A stretch of DNA of 64,000 nt from Tubulanus polymorphus. Lineage: Eukaryota; Animalia; Nemertea. The notes under the pieces are model-generated. The model had not been told where the DNA came from. It ran no database searches and saw only the letters and a list, made by a program, of their open reading frames with translations. Below are positions 39,483-52,606 of the stretch, piece by piece. The first letter of the stretch is position 1. Every line of letters begins with the position of its first letter. Made by a program: the position numbers and the translations under genes. Location of the stretch: positions 4,340,001 to 4,404,000 of the forward strand of contig NC_134031.1 in NCBI RefSeq assembly GCF_964204645.1, read 5' to 3'.

Positions 39483-40696
39483 TAAAATACCACAAAATAA
39501 GAGATGTTTAGATCTGCATAGATACTTGGTTTGACGATGAAGAAGTTGAGCAAATTTTCCCGAACGAAAAAAGGACGAAAATATTGAGAAGGTACTGAGC
39601 TATTAGAACGTAGTCTAAAATTGGGAACTGACATCATGAAACAAGAACCTGTCCTACTCAATCATGATGGATATTGTTATGGCAAAGTTAAAACCCCCCC
39701 CCACCCCCCCCCCCCCCCCGGTTAAAACACGAGTAGCTGCACTGCAGAATAAACACGCTTAAAGTTTCTTGATATTCTGCGTTAGGTTAATAAAAATAAG
39801 CGCCTAATGAAATATCCTACACGTCTCTGTAGTGATTGTTTAGAGATAGAGCCAGGTAAAAATACCTCAACAAACAGTATCCCTAACCTTCAACCCCCTT
39901 ACCCAGTGAACTAACCATCAATCGACACGATTAAACCCTTCCCGCAAGAAGAAAACCCGATAATATTTTTGCAGACTTGATGCAACTGAACTTTGCGCTC
40001 GCTTATCATATATTCCTCGAATGCTGCTAATAATCGGAGAAGAAAATGTAAATTAGGTAGTCGTGTCATCGTGGAAATAAACATTTCATGTTAACTAGTC
40101 AAAACAAACGAACCCGAGGACATTGTTTGTAATATCAATAACATTATCTAAGTCAACATCGGTATGCTGGAAAAACCGGGTCACTGTGATGTAAGCAGGG
40201 CCTCGGTTTTAGTGGGTTACACTTTATACAGTGGGCCAGGGTCGAATAGAACTCAACTGTGAAAATGGCAACAGCGGGTATGTGGTGTTCTAACAAAATT
40301 GGGTCCTTGGTAAGTCATACAATAGACTCTACAGTGGACTCTGTTCTACAGTCCATGGTTATGGTTATACTCAGTAGCAGGCACTTGTACCCAGGTCAAC
40401 TCATACCCTATTGCCGACAACTGCATTTTGACAAGCTATTCACTTCACCTACTTATTTTCCCTGTTTAACTTTTGAATCAAGGCTATGTTTAACATCAAA
40501 GAAAAAATAAATGAAATTTTTGACTTCAGATAGTGGTTTAGATTATTTAAGTATTTTCTTATTTTTGTTAATACCATTGAGACGCTATATGAAATGTAGA
40601 GGTTAAAAGTTGAGTATAGTTAGGAACATTAGCCTCAGACTTAAACAGGGGTAAAAGTTGACCAGGTACGAGATGACTATATATCATTATACTCAC

Positions 40697-41903
40697 ATTG
40701 GAGTGGAGTTGTGACTGGCGTCTGCTGAACCGGGACCAGATCGACGCTGACCCCTCGCGGGTACAACCCCCGCGCCTTCCAGCGATTTCTCCTGCAAGCC
40801 GTTTCGATCATCTGTGTACTCGTTCCACCGCCAATAGGTGGCATGACGATCGCCGGTTTGTTGCCGCCGTGAAACGAGCCCGACAACCGACGTTCTCGGT
40901 TCTTAACGCAACCACTAGGGGGCATCGATCTTATGATGGGCGCGCGCGTGGCAGCGATCGTCGTCGGGTGAATCGGGGGGATCTCGCCGGAATCACACGA
41001 CGAATAAAACGATGAATCGAGTTGATTCGAATCACTCGTCGTATCTAGAATCTGATGGTATATTGAGTCATTGTTTAAACTACGCCGACGATGACGAGGA
41101 GGAAAGTTATTGAGACAAGTATCATCTACGCCGCGGTATTCATCTTCGTTTTTCCGCGCGAGTTTATTAAATTCGCGACTCAAGTTTTCGTCGAGTGCGG
41201 CCGCTGAGTCACACATCGTATTTTTCGCCTGGCGGGTGCCCGTAGTGAGAATGCGCCTGCGGCAAGCGGACGGTGCCGTAGCCCGGCGCGTAATCGGTTT
41301 CAAAAACACGAACTCGTCGTCTTCATCATTTTCGGCATCGAACGCGACGTGCGTGGACAACGGACGCATGAAATTCGCGTTGCTTCGATTCAAATTCGTC
41401 TTGTGACGATAATCCGATTCGTCGATCCAATCGGACCGGTCGCCGAAATCCCCGGCGGACTGGTTGCCGCCGGACTCGTACCCGTCGATTAAGTGGTAGA
41501 TCCGTTCGTGAACAGTGTCCCCCCCGTCCTCCCGATTCCGAAAATCGTCGAGCAGATTATGATAAACGTGCCCCGCGGCATCCGACCGGCGGCGGCGCCG
41601 ATCCAGATTCGCACCGATCTCGATCAGAGATTCGTATATCGGCTCGTCGTAGACGTCGTCCGGCGAACTGGCGACGCCCGACTCGCTCGAACACAGCGAC
41701 ATGTTCTCGCTCGACGTGTCGGCGGCGCCTGCGCCTGTATTCCAGCCCGGGTGAGCCCCGTAATCGTAACATATGTCCAGTAATTCCGCGTATATATGAT
41801 CGGCGGTCGATGAGTTTATTTTCGGATTCGAGTTCATCGCGTCTGCTGTATGCGTAGTCGTACGTCTGCTCGTAGCAGCAGCATTCCCTCGAGTTTTAAT
41901 CAT
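40697..41903 (-). CDS. RASAL2: Putative alternative first exon V1 (402 codons, disordered, rich in I/V-Y-x-x-L/I motifs)
   Basis: Long CpG-rich ORF ending in CAA T|gtgagt, a phase-1 donor just before the in-frame stop; compatible with the exon at 13051 or the cassette at 23981. Confidence 0.75.
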
Positions 41904-44900
41904 CTTCGTTTTTAGATTTCTCTCAATTTTCAACCGTTAAATTCCACGACATTTTCACATATACAGTCAGATAATCGATCCAATTAAGCAAATGAATTCT
42001 CAATCTGGGCCCAATGTTTATCTCAACCTTACGTGACCTATACGCGCGAAGACGAAATCGCAAATATTCTAAAATGGTCGCCGATATTCTCAGAATCACC
42101 GGTAAGAATGCTTTGATTGTATTCGCCCGGCACTTGACGGATTCCGACGAACAGGTCTTACACGCTGAATTATCAATCTGTTCTAGTTGATTTCTAGATA
42201 AATTCAAAGGTTTTCTGTGAACGAACAAATGAAGTCTTTGTTTTCGCTGTATGAACGAACGCGACGGTTTTTTGACTTACTGAATGTTTCATTCGTTCTT
42301 TCGAAACATATCTTCGAAGTCTAAATTATCCCCGGTTGTTCCTTCAAGGTATATTTTCTCACAGATGTATATAGACCACTGCTTCGACTGTGTGTGCTGT
42401 TCCTTCAAGATCATCCGTGAAAATGACGACATTAATTTGACATTAATTTGTCTAATCCGTGATTAATCGGCTAATTGTCAGATCTAATTAAACGTAGTTA
42501 GTGTTGACAGCAGGAGCCAGACAGTTTTCTATTGTCTCCGTAGACTGATCATCAAACGGTCATTAGTCCAGACTTCATGTGCATGAGTCTGTTATAATCC
42601 TATTAGCACGACCACAGCACAGACTCAAGACGCGGATTATTTGACCAAGGTCTCTCTCAACGCGCCCGCCACGTTTTAAATCCAATATCAACAGCGCGTG
42701 GAAATCCTCTGAGAAACTTTTCGACGAACTGTTTCTATAATAATCAGCCTTTTCGCGAACCTAACTTCAAATATTTGCCAAATCGGGGACAATATCGAAG
42801 GCGATGTTAGTTTTGTCCACAGGTGTTGTGGGATTTACTCGTGTGACGCTTAATTCCGTTGTTACAAAAGTTTGTTCTCAAATTACTCCGAGCGCAGGCA
42901 ATCCGATTAAAATACCTAGATGGATGTCTCTTCCAAAAGTTGACGTTAGCCGTAGAATCATCCGTTTTATTGTGCAACCAGACAATCTGTCCTATGATCA
43001 TCACCATGTAGCTTAATCCTTCCTAATTACGAAACCATAGATAATTGATGGAGAGAGGGTGGACAGAGGGTGGTCACCAGTGGTCAGTTCGTCTCGCCGA
43101 GATAATTAACCAGATGTCCGACAAATCGAATCCCCGCCATCACCCACTGATCAATCGATCAATCGCCTCGAATATGAATCCATTATATACGAATTCTCGA
43201 AAATTATAGGCCTCATCGGGGCGAATATTAATTACGAATAATCACGTATATGACACCTACGAGCCTCGCTACACGTATAGTTGCTACGTGCGTTCCGGCG
43301 AAATATTCGATGAAAATTCTCCCGTTTTCGCTCGCGACCACCGACAACCAATTGCTCATATCCGTACGAGCAAAATAGACGACACGACGTTCCGACGATA
43401 CGCAATTAACGAAACTAAAAAGCGCTGACTCGTTTCTTCATCAGTCGATCTGTCAGTCAGTCAGTCACGTCGACTAGAGTCTTAATTTCGACGCGGTAAT
43501 CGCGGTCAATATTTAATGAATGAATCATTAACTCAGATTCCTTTCCTCTTCAACGACAACGAATCGAACACCGAAGAAGACGACAGCAAATTTTCTTCTT
43601 CGGAAATTTGAGATGAAAAACGAAAGTTTACGTAGCAGACGCTCGGAAAATGAGCTATTTGTCCAATTTGGCCAGTGATGAACGAAGTCTTCGGCGACCA
43701 GTAATTCTATCCAGCCTGAAAATGAGCCGTTCGTCCAACTGCTGGTGGTGAAGTCTTCCCGGCCAGTAATTCTATCCAAGCCTGTGTTTGTACCGCACCT
43801 TCCGTGATTGTAAAAGGTTCCTGTGACAAAGAACAATGTCGCTCTCATTCACAGCACATCTATTCACAACTCCTGTCACAACCACCAGCAATCCTTAAAC
43901 AATAGCCATATATATAATGTAATATATACAGGAACAATGAATTAATGATAGCGGAAAATAATCAAAGCTACTCTCAGCAATTGATCTCCGATTCAGCCGA
44001 TTCTATTTGATTCAGAGTTTCAGCTAGATTTCATTACCATCGATATCTTCATCGTAGTTCCTTTGACACATTCATGTCATCCGATTACTATGAATTAAAA
44101 AACTTAAACTGAAACTCATTTTTTTTCGAAATTCGACCCCCGAATCAAATGATCCGATGCTATCGTATTTCGAAATTTCTAGCCGCGCTTTGATGGTAGT
44201 GATATATGCGAATTACATTTTTCGGTATTCTAGAAGTCGCGCGCGTGTAGCGCGGCGCGATGATTTACGTGGAAAACTTATTTCATATTCGAATAATGAA
44301 CTTTCCCGATCAAACGCAGATTATAAATGAAAAATAATCGCGACCCGTTTAAAGTGTTTTTTTTTGAAGAGGAAGAATTTAGCGACACCCAGAATTTATG
44401 ACTAGAGTTAAAATGAAATGCGCGCTTTGATCTGATATCGAGCGTGCTGTACTGATCAACCCCGTAAAAGTCTAAAAGCCGATACGATATGAAGAAACAA
44501 GACTGGTAGACTAATTCTAATCTTAGTATTTCAGAGTCAATGAGCTCAACCCACAGTTGATGATATTCTCGGTCTATTTTGGTCTCGGTCTAGTTTTGAA
44601 GTTTTGAATAAACTTTGTCAAAGACTTCGTCGAAAACTTCGTCATCAGAGAAACAAGAAAAACCAAGAAAACAAACATATTTTTCCTTGTTCGTTCCTCT
44701 GATGAACTGTTATATCATCGACCGCGGGTTTTGCTCATTAATGAAGAAACATACCCTGGATAGTGAGGCCGGCTTCGAAACGACGCCTGCTCCGCGTGAC
44801 CTCCGCTGAGCGAATATTCCGAAACTACTCGCGCTTCGCGATTAAACTGAATATCTGAGATCACTTCTCTTTTTTTTTATCTATAACCGATGCAAATACC

Positions 44901-47900
44901 TCCAGTCTATCGCTTTCTAAACACCTGCAGATTGATGGGGTATTTTTTAAAACAATGTTGTGGTTGTAAACGCCATCAACGATCTGGCGTCTTGATATCA
45001 AAACAATTCTCGAGCTCTCGAAATTTCCTGAACAATTGCCCCCTTCATCAACTCGACCAAAAGACACGTTCCTAAAATAATAACCGACTATAGCCGCGAT
45101 TAGGCCCGGAACAACTGTTCACATGGGTGCCAGATGGCCCGTACCCGGTTGGCCCGACCAAAGATGTCGGATCAGGCCCCAGCCAAATGTTAGGGGTAAA
45201 ATTATTGTGTGTGAATTGCCACTGGTTCTGGAAATGATTCATTTCGTTTTTTTTAAGCATTGTTTTAGAAACAAGTGAATGTTTTACATGTTGAATACGC
45301 TCTCTAATAAGGCACGGGCCAATTTGACTCCGGTCTGATCCATGCCAATTTGGCCCGGGTCAAATGGTCTTCAGGTGATTGCAGCACAATACACCATCTG
45401 ATGACCAATCTTGTGAAAAACAAAACAGAATTTTGTCAATCATTTAACCAGGAACTTAGACTCCAATGTTATCAAGGTATTTCAATGCTTCCATGAACAT
45501 ATTTTCTTAAAATAAAGTTATTTTGAAGTCTCCTCATATTTGCAGCAGTAGGCCTATATACATTTCCCCAGCAATTCTTAGATTTTTTTTCCCTTCAGAA
45601 TTAGCGCAGTTGATGAAATGTGAACCCGATATAACGGAACAGTTAAATAATGAATCCATAATCTGTGGCAGTCAGCGAATACCTGTCGTAGAACAGCTTA
45701 TCCCGGCGAACAACATCAAAGCAAACATAGTGAAAATATTGATTGCGATATTAAGCAGATTAAGTGGCAATAACACTTCATACGGTATTAAAATAGACCT
45801 ATTCGTCCACCAGTAACAACCACTGACTGTTTAATCGGATCTATCCACTTAAAATGCGATAAATTCCGCTGCAGATTTATACACTTAAAATCGAACTGCC
45901 CGATTAACACTTTGGTAGCCTGTCTAAAAATTGTTAAGGGAGGGCTGCATGCTAAAAGCAGAGTGCCTCAGAGGCGGATTTAGGGGAGCACCAAGAGGGA
46001 TGGACATCCAAAATTTTAGTAACATTGATTTAGGCTAGTCGTTTTTTTTCTCTATTGGTGCAAATTGTAAATATGTTGTTAGAAAAAAATCTTTATGACT
46101 ATTTAAGATCTGAGCAAACAGCTCGGCTGTAAGCTGTTCAAAATCTAGATACTTTGACTCCGACAAATTCATCAGAGTACCTGCGATGGAACGATGTATG
46201 AATAGTTCATTTACCGGAATAAAGAATGATTTATTGAATAGCGTAAGGAATTATTTTTGCAGCCCTTCAAAACTAAGGGAAGAATTGCGAAGTATATCAC
46301 AGACATGATCAAAGAAGACAAAATCATTATTGGTCTAGAATTACCTGATGATCTCGAACCCCTGCCACTTTCAAAGTAATAATTACGTCATTGTCAGGAA
46401 TGATTAATAGTCTGAGATGCACACACAGGTGTCATAATTAGATAATTGACCACTTCAATTAACACCAGTAATCAGTAATCAGTCCGATGACTCCAAGCAC
46501 CTACACAGTGAAAAGATGAGCCATAATCGGGCTGGAAAATAACATAGATACTAAACTAGAAAGCACCAGGGGTTCGCAACTTCAAAGGCAGCTTCGAAGG
46601 AATTTGTTCCTACCTGGACAACTGCCTACTAAGTTAAAAACAGCGTGGATTCATAAAAGCAACAAAGCAGGACAAGAGTTACCTAACAAAATGGCAGCTA
46701 GCAACTGGTGCATATGTTTTTTAAATACGTTCGTGGTTTGGGTTATCAATATTTGCAGAACGGTGAACCGTGACAAGCACTCGATCTCGTCAATTGACGA
46801 GGATCTTCAACCCCATTTTCCTTCATTTTGAAACGCATACACACACACACACTACACAAGTTTTCTTGAGCGCGCTTTCTCCGTTTCTAGCCCGAAACAA
46901 TTTACGATTTGGCTTCATCCCTTCACAGTTTTTAAAGACAGTCAAAATAATGGCTTTTTAAACGATACCTCATGAAGAGATCAGCGCTTCGAGCACGTGT
47001 TGATGGAATAGCTCCATAACAGCAATTATCGTTAATATCGTGTCCGTTAATGATTATTGAAAAGATAATCTAATAACCGCACCCAGTTCTTAAAACTTCA
47101 AAGGCATGTAAGATTGTTTTGATACAAAGATATTTTCCGCCTGGCTGGACAACTAATCAGTTGGGATCAAATGACAGTATAGCCTAACCTAAAGATTACT
47201 AATAGTAATCAGCCTGCTATACACTACTCATACTCAGACAATGGAATCAACAAAAAAAGATCACATGCAAGATTCTTGTCCAGCGACAAAGTGATCGGCT
47301 TTGACTGACAGTAAAATGATACTACTGAAACTTCTGCTAAATGGCAACATTAATCGTGAAAAGAAATGTACAATATTTCCCTACCTCGCATAATCAAAGA
47401 CGGCTTAAATACAGAGAAAGTGCAGAGAAAAATAAACATTCAACACAAACACCATTCCAAGATGAAACTTTTCCGAACAACAACTCGAACGAGGTGATTA
47501 CCGAACGAACGGGCTGCTACTTCAATCTTCATAGCTCAAACCACGGCGATGATTTCGGATCTTTTAAAGACAGATGTTCACAAACATCTCAAACACCGAC
47601 AACTCATCAGCGTGTAAAACCACTAAAAACACCGGTCCGACTTTAAATTCTTCAGTCAATTTTCTCGCAACGAATTCTTGTTTCAACCAGACCTGTTACA
47701 GATATACGTAGATTGGATAGAAGAATCTTGAAAAAGATTGAATCTTTTGAAATAGCAAGACTTGGGATAGTACATTGATTCCTATCTTCAAAAGTCTTCA
47801 TTTATCAAGGGGTGGATCCAGGAGCAGAGTTTGACAGGAGCACAAAGAAATGAAAAGGGCATATATACCGAAAAAGGGCAAGTTACCCACACAACCAAAA

Positions 47901-50900
47901 CAAGGGTCTGGAAAATTTTGATATTTCAGTGCATTTTCACACAATTTCTAGGCATATGAGTGACATTTTAGAGAATAGGCTATAAGCCTAAGCTAAATCT
48001 GTGATTGCAGGCTGATGTCTTGTGTGGGAAAGCTATAATTCTTTCGCAAATAGTGAACATTAATCGGTAAATGCTTCAAAATTCTCACAACACCAGATAG
48101 TGCTGCCATCCCTGAACAAACGACGAAACTAACCAAATCCATATAGTTCACGCAGTAAACTTCAGAGGGCAGCAGCTACTGACGATGAGTCAACTAACGC
48201 AGTCCCTATATACACACCCAGTGAATTAATTCAACCAGCGGTGATCAATGATAATGTCAGTCCCTGATAAAAATGACTCAATATTTACAACGTACAAATG
48301 AATATACGCTAAATCGTGTACTTTAACATTATTCATTCATTCGGCATATTTTGTATATTACACAAATTCTAACTGACTATCGTAAATATACACCAGCTAG
48401 CCCACTGCCGCGGCGGCGGCGCAAGATTTTCACACCACTTGTTTTCAGACAGCTGAGGATCAATTTAAAAAGTGATATATGACACATTGGAGACGTGTTT
48501 TATCTACATGAGTCATCGCAGTCACAACGTCGATGCATTAAGCAACAGTTGAAGCTGTAAATAATAACGGAAACCGCGAGGAGCCTAACAGTGCAAGCCA
48601 CTGTATAAAGTTAATTCCTGGGCATCGTAAAATTATACAGACGAGCAAAATGTTTTCAAAACAAATGCAACCTTGTAGTATATATAGGCCTAGCCCACGC
48701 ATTGATTGCACCAACATTTTTTTCCCGTGTATCAAATTGTGCTAGGAACAACCGTTCACACGGGTGGCCCGACCAAAGCGTTGGACCAGGCCCGAGCCAA
48801 ATTTTAGCACAGGTCAAATTATTGCTGGCTAAATTGTCTACGTGTGATAGCGGATTATTTTCGTCTCTGTGTGATCGCATCATTGTCAAAAAGCCATGAA
48901 CGAAGCCGCGGTATCTAACTTCATCAGAAAATCATCAAATTTCAAAGATCTGGTTGACAATTGAAATTGAAGGCGAAAATCTCAACTCTAGTCTCAGACA
49001 AGTCTAAATATTTTTAGTCTAATTAGAGGACAAAACGAGCTAAGTTGCAACTGTCAAACCACTCCATCCTCCCCTGGCCACCCTCCCCCCCCCCCGGTGG
49101 GTATTCCACCTGATGGCACTGAGATTAGCCATCATGGTACCAAACCCTGCCACACTAGCCCGAGCGATGTCATTGTAAGCCAAACAGAAATCCTGTTTTA
49201 TTTTAGGCCAGGTTTTCCAGTGAGAGTCGATCCGTGAAATTTGCCTCAGCGATTATACATCGGGCAATCTGACTTGCCCGCAAGTTTTCCCTTGCGGCAA
49301 ACCTGCGCACCTGGTCTAGTGTGGCGGGGTTCCTTGCCGTGGCTGAACGTAGCGATGCCATCAGGTTCAAATCCCTGCCGAGGGAGTATGGAACAACCCC
49401 TGAAGTAAGATATATTCTTCGCATTTCATATTGCCGATTCTCATGCTAGTTTCTGTTCCCTCAAAGACATACTTGAAGGATGTTATAGATTTAACGAGAG
49501 AATATCCCGCCTCGCGCCAAGTGCAACGAATATATAATCTCTACAAAAATACATATTTGCTCCGAAGCCTTTGAAAAGCGATCGTTTCAGGTTTTTTGTT
49601 ATCTTAACAAACAACACGTCGCGCGATGATGCATGAAATATCTCTCTTTCTCTCACTTGATCGCGATTCGCCGCGAGGCGCTTCGTACACGCCAAAAACC
49701 TAACAGCTCACACAGAAAAAAAGAATACCGGCGGCCGTGCTAGAATTTTTGTTACCTCAACAAACACAGACAGAACAAGGGGAAAAATTTTCGAAGGCTT
49801 CGCAGGCTTCTAACATAGCGCCGATAATATGAACTCAGGATTTCCGAGGTCAGGAATAGAGAGACCAGACATCCCATTACAAAGATTAGATCAGCCATAT
49901 ACGCGAATAACCTGATTATATTCATATGTCGAACGAGCGGGGGAGGATTTCAAACCAGCGTTGCGTCCTGTAATCAGATTCTGAACGATCCAGATTCCTC
50001 AGAGACGTTGAGGACTGCATACCGATGATGAAGATACCGTAACGATACAGGAATTTTCAGTTTGACTGCGATGATAGCTTCAACCACATCATCCATCAGC
50101 AGGGTGGCCACTTTAATGTGACAAGCTTTTTGCCGACTATTCCCCGATATGCACGTTGTTTTCCATCTTGATTTGCTAAGAATCCGATCAATCATGCTAT
50201 TTCCAAAATCTCGATGTATTAAATTAGCCAGCCAAGAAAATTCACCCCAATCAGTTGCCTTAACGATTTAGACTGAATGGAAGATTGTTTGAATGAACCG
50301 GAACCGAATTTCCAATTATGTACTTCGATTTAAAAAAGAAAAAAAAATTCTGTTAACTCGACCGCCGATCACACAACTATATTTGAACTTCGATTTCCGA
50401 TTTCAAAATCAAACCCCCTGTTTCGCTCCCGGCAGGTGTGGTGGGTCTGTAAGGGACACTCAATCAAAAAATCTAAAAACGAAATTTACGAACCAAATGA
50501 ATAACAGGGAAAATCCCTATTTTAAGATCAAAGAATCCAATCATTACAGTCAAATAAGTAAGAGACGAAACTGTTTGATTTTCTACCTGTGATCTAGATT
50601 TCCCCGACTTATCCCCGATTTTTAGCCTTTTTTCTACAAAACTCCCTGACCATTCCCCGACCTTTTGAAGAAAAGAAAACAACTTTTTCTTGATTTCCGA
50701 GTAAGTGGCCACCATGTACATATAGGGCCCCTGTAATTTTTCACCAAACTGAACTGATTGATAATATATCCACAGGAGAACACCTAGGACTGGAGCTTGA
50801 CGTATCCTTAACTGAATAAGGTGCAGCAGCATCTTGTGGCACATCCCACACAAAACGATATTGAAATTTTCAAAAAAGAGCCTTTCTGGGTGCAATCCTA

Positions 50901-51852
50901 AGCTTCGATAATAAACATTGCGAAAAAGTCTCCACATGAGAGTGATCACTCCTGAAAATTTGAAAGACCTCGTGAATGCCTTGTCTGTCTTAAGAGCAGA
51001 CACTTACAATAGGTCTTCAGGATACATAGAAGCAAGGTTGAGGCAAAAGTAAGCACTTTCAAGCATTTCTAAGCACTTTCATAAGGCAAAAGTGACACTT
51101 CTTACGATTTCCGACACGTGACACTCGTTCTTCTCAAAAATTGTCAAAAAACGTGCCGAAAGGAGATACGAAGTTGAAAGTAAGCACTTCGCGAGCACTT
51201 ATCTTCTTTTCAATAGCAAGGGTTTAAAGCACTATCACTCGGAATCTTACTATAAACCCTGTATATTATTAAATCAGATATATTTCATATGATTTATCCG
51301 CTTGAACGCCCTGTAATTATCATCGGCGAGAACTCAGGTAAACTACGAATATATGACTCAGCGATGAATAAATATCTACCATTGGCATAATATTAAGAGT
51401 TGTCCCAGCTCAGATCCGCGAGCGGGCGCCGGAGACAACTACAACGCACATTTTACATTCACATGCATATATACACGTACACGCTGTTTAAGAACAATGG
51501 AATGCGCGATCAGTCAACAAACTCTTGGATTTCATTTTTCGGCTGAAATGAAAAAGCGCGGTCACAGTCTGTTTACTACACGAACCAAGTACTCAAACCT
51601 AATTTTCGAAATGAAGCCAAAAGTCATAGACGAACACCAATTCTCTATACGTGCCCCGCCCTATTTTGAAATTTCCATATATAGTACTGGCACTCTCCGA
51701 TTTCTACGAAGTTCTGACATTACTCTATTGTTTGACAGTAAAGTCGCCTTACTCGCACATGGCCGACCCAGACTTTTGATTAACTCGCCACAAAAATGAT
51801 ATCATTCATAATGTATTTGAATGTATTCATCTTTCATTCGGACTACGCTTAA

Positions 51853-52132
51853 CCCTTTCAGTGTGTCTACACCGCAGTGCGGTGTATAAATCAGTGATAG
51901 ATTTTGCTAGTACACCGCACTGCGGTGTATTGATGTAATTAGTAATTATCTCTCTTGAAAAATGGCAGCACCTGTCAATATAGTGAAATACTAGTAACTA
52001 ACGATACACCGCACCGCTGTGTAGACGCACTATAGTGGTATTCCCGTTATTCAACACGCTAGGGTGGAATTTTAAAAAAATTTCAAATTATCTTTAGCAC
52101 TGTAGGGTATTAATTAGTTAGCACTGAAAGGG
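51853..52132. mobile_element. piggyBac-type MITE
   Basis: TTAA TSDs, TIR CCCTTTCAGTG, internal TACACCGCAGTGCGGTGTA palindrome. Confidence 0.9.
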
Positions 52133-52487
52133 TTAAACCTCGGACCAATTTTGCCAGTCCCAGTTTGTCGAAGTTAGCTTTACTGAAAAGTAGTGCTCAT
52201 TTTCCGCGCGTCAAAATATCCTAGATTTGACAATTCACATCAACATCAAATATGCAATCTCGCGACTTTCACGTTAACCGTAGCCGGTCTGTAATTCTAT
52301 TCAGCCGTTCTCTCTCTCAACAACTGAGAGAGACGTATCAGAAACGAGCATTAACGAAGCCAATTTCCAATTTCGAAGCTTCGAGTGACCTCGGTGAGCT
52401 CTCTGAAACTCGTTTATGTGCTAATACAACCACGCGTATACATTGGTCAAATTCGCTGATTTACTATTAGCTCCGTGTATATATACC

Positions 52488-52509
52488 ATCATCATCATCA
52501 GCGTCATCG

Positions 52510-52595
<86 letters not shown>

Positions 52596-52606
52596 GTCAT
52601 CATCAT
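52488..52606. repeat. (CAT)n microsatellite
   Basis: Directly visible; source of the poly-M, poly-I and poly-H ORFs. Confidence 0.97.

Noticed and set aside
43645-43785. ORF containing GWIELL, resembling a PH start
   Set aside because: It is a degenerate ~70-bp tandem duplication without a usable donor; the real PH start is at 62064-62145.
44755-44846. Exon-like segment with an AG acceptor and gtatgt donor
   Set aside because: It is 92 nt and open only as phase 0 to 2, which does not fit the phase-1 intron.
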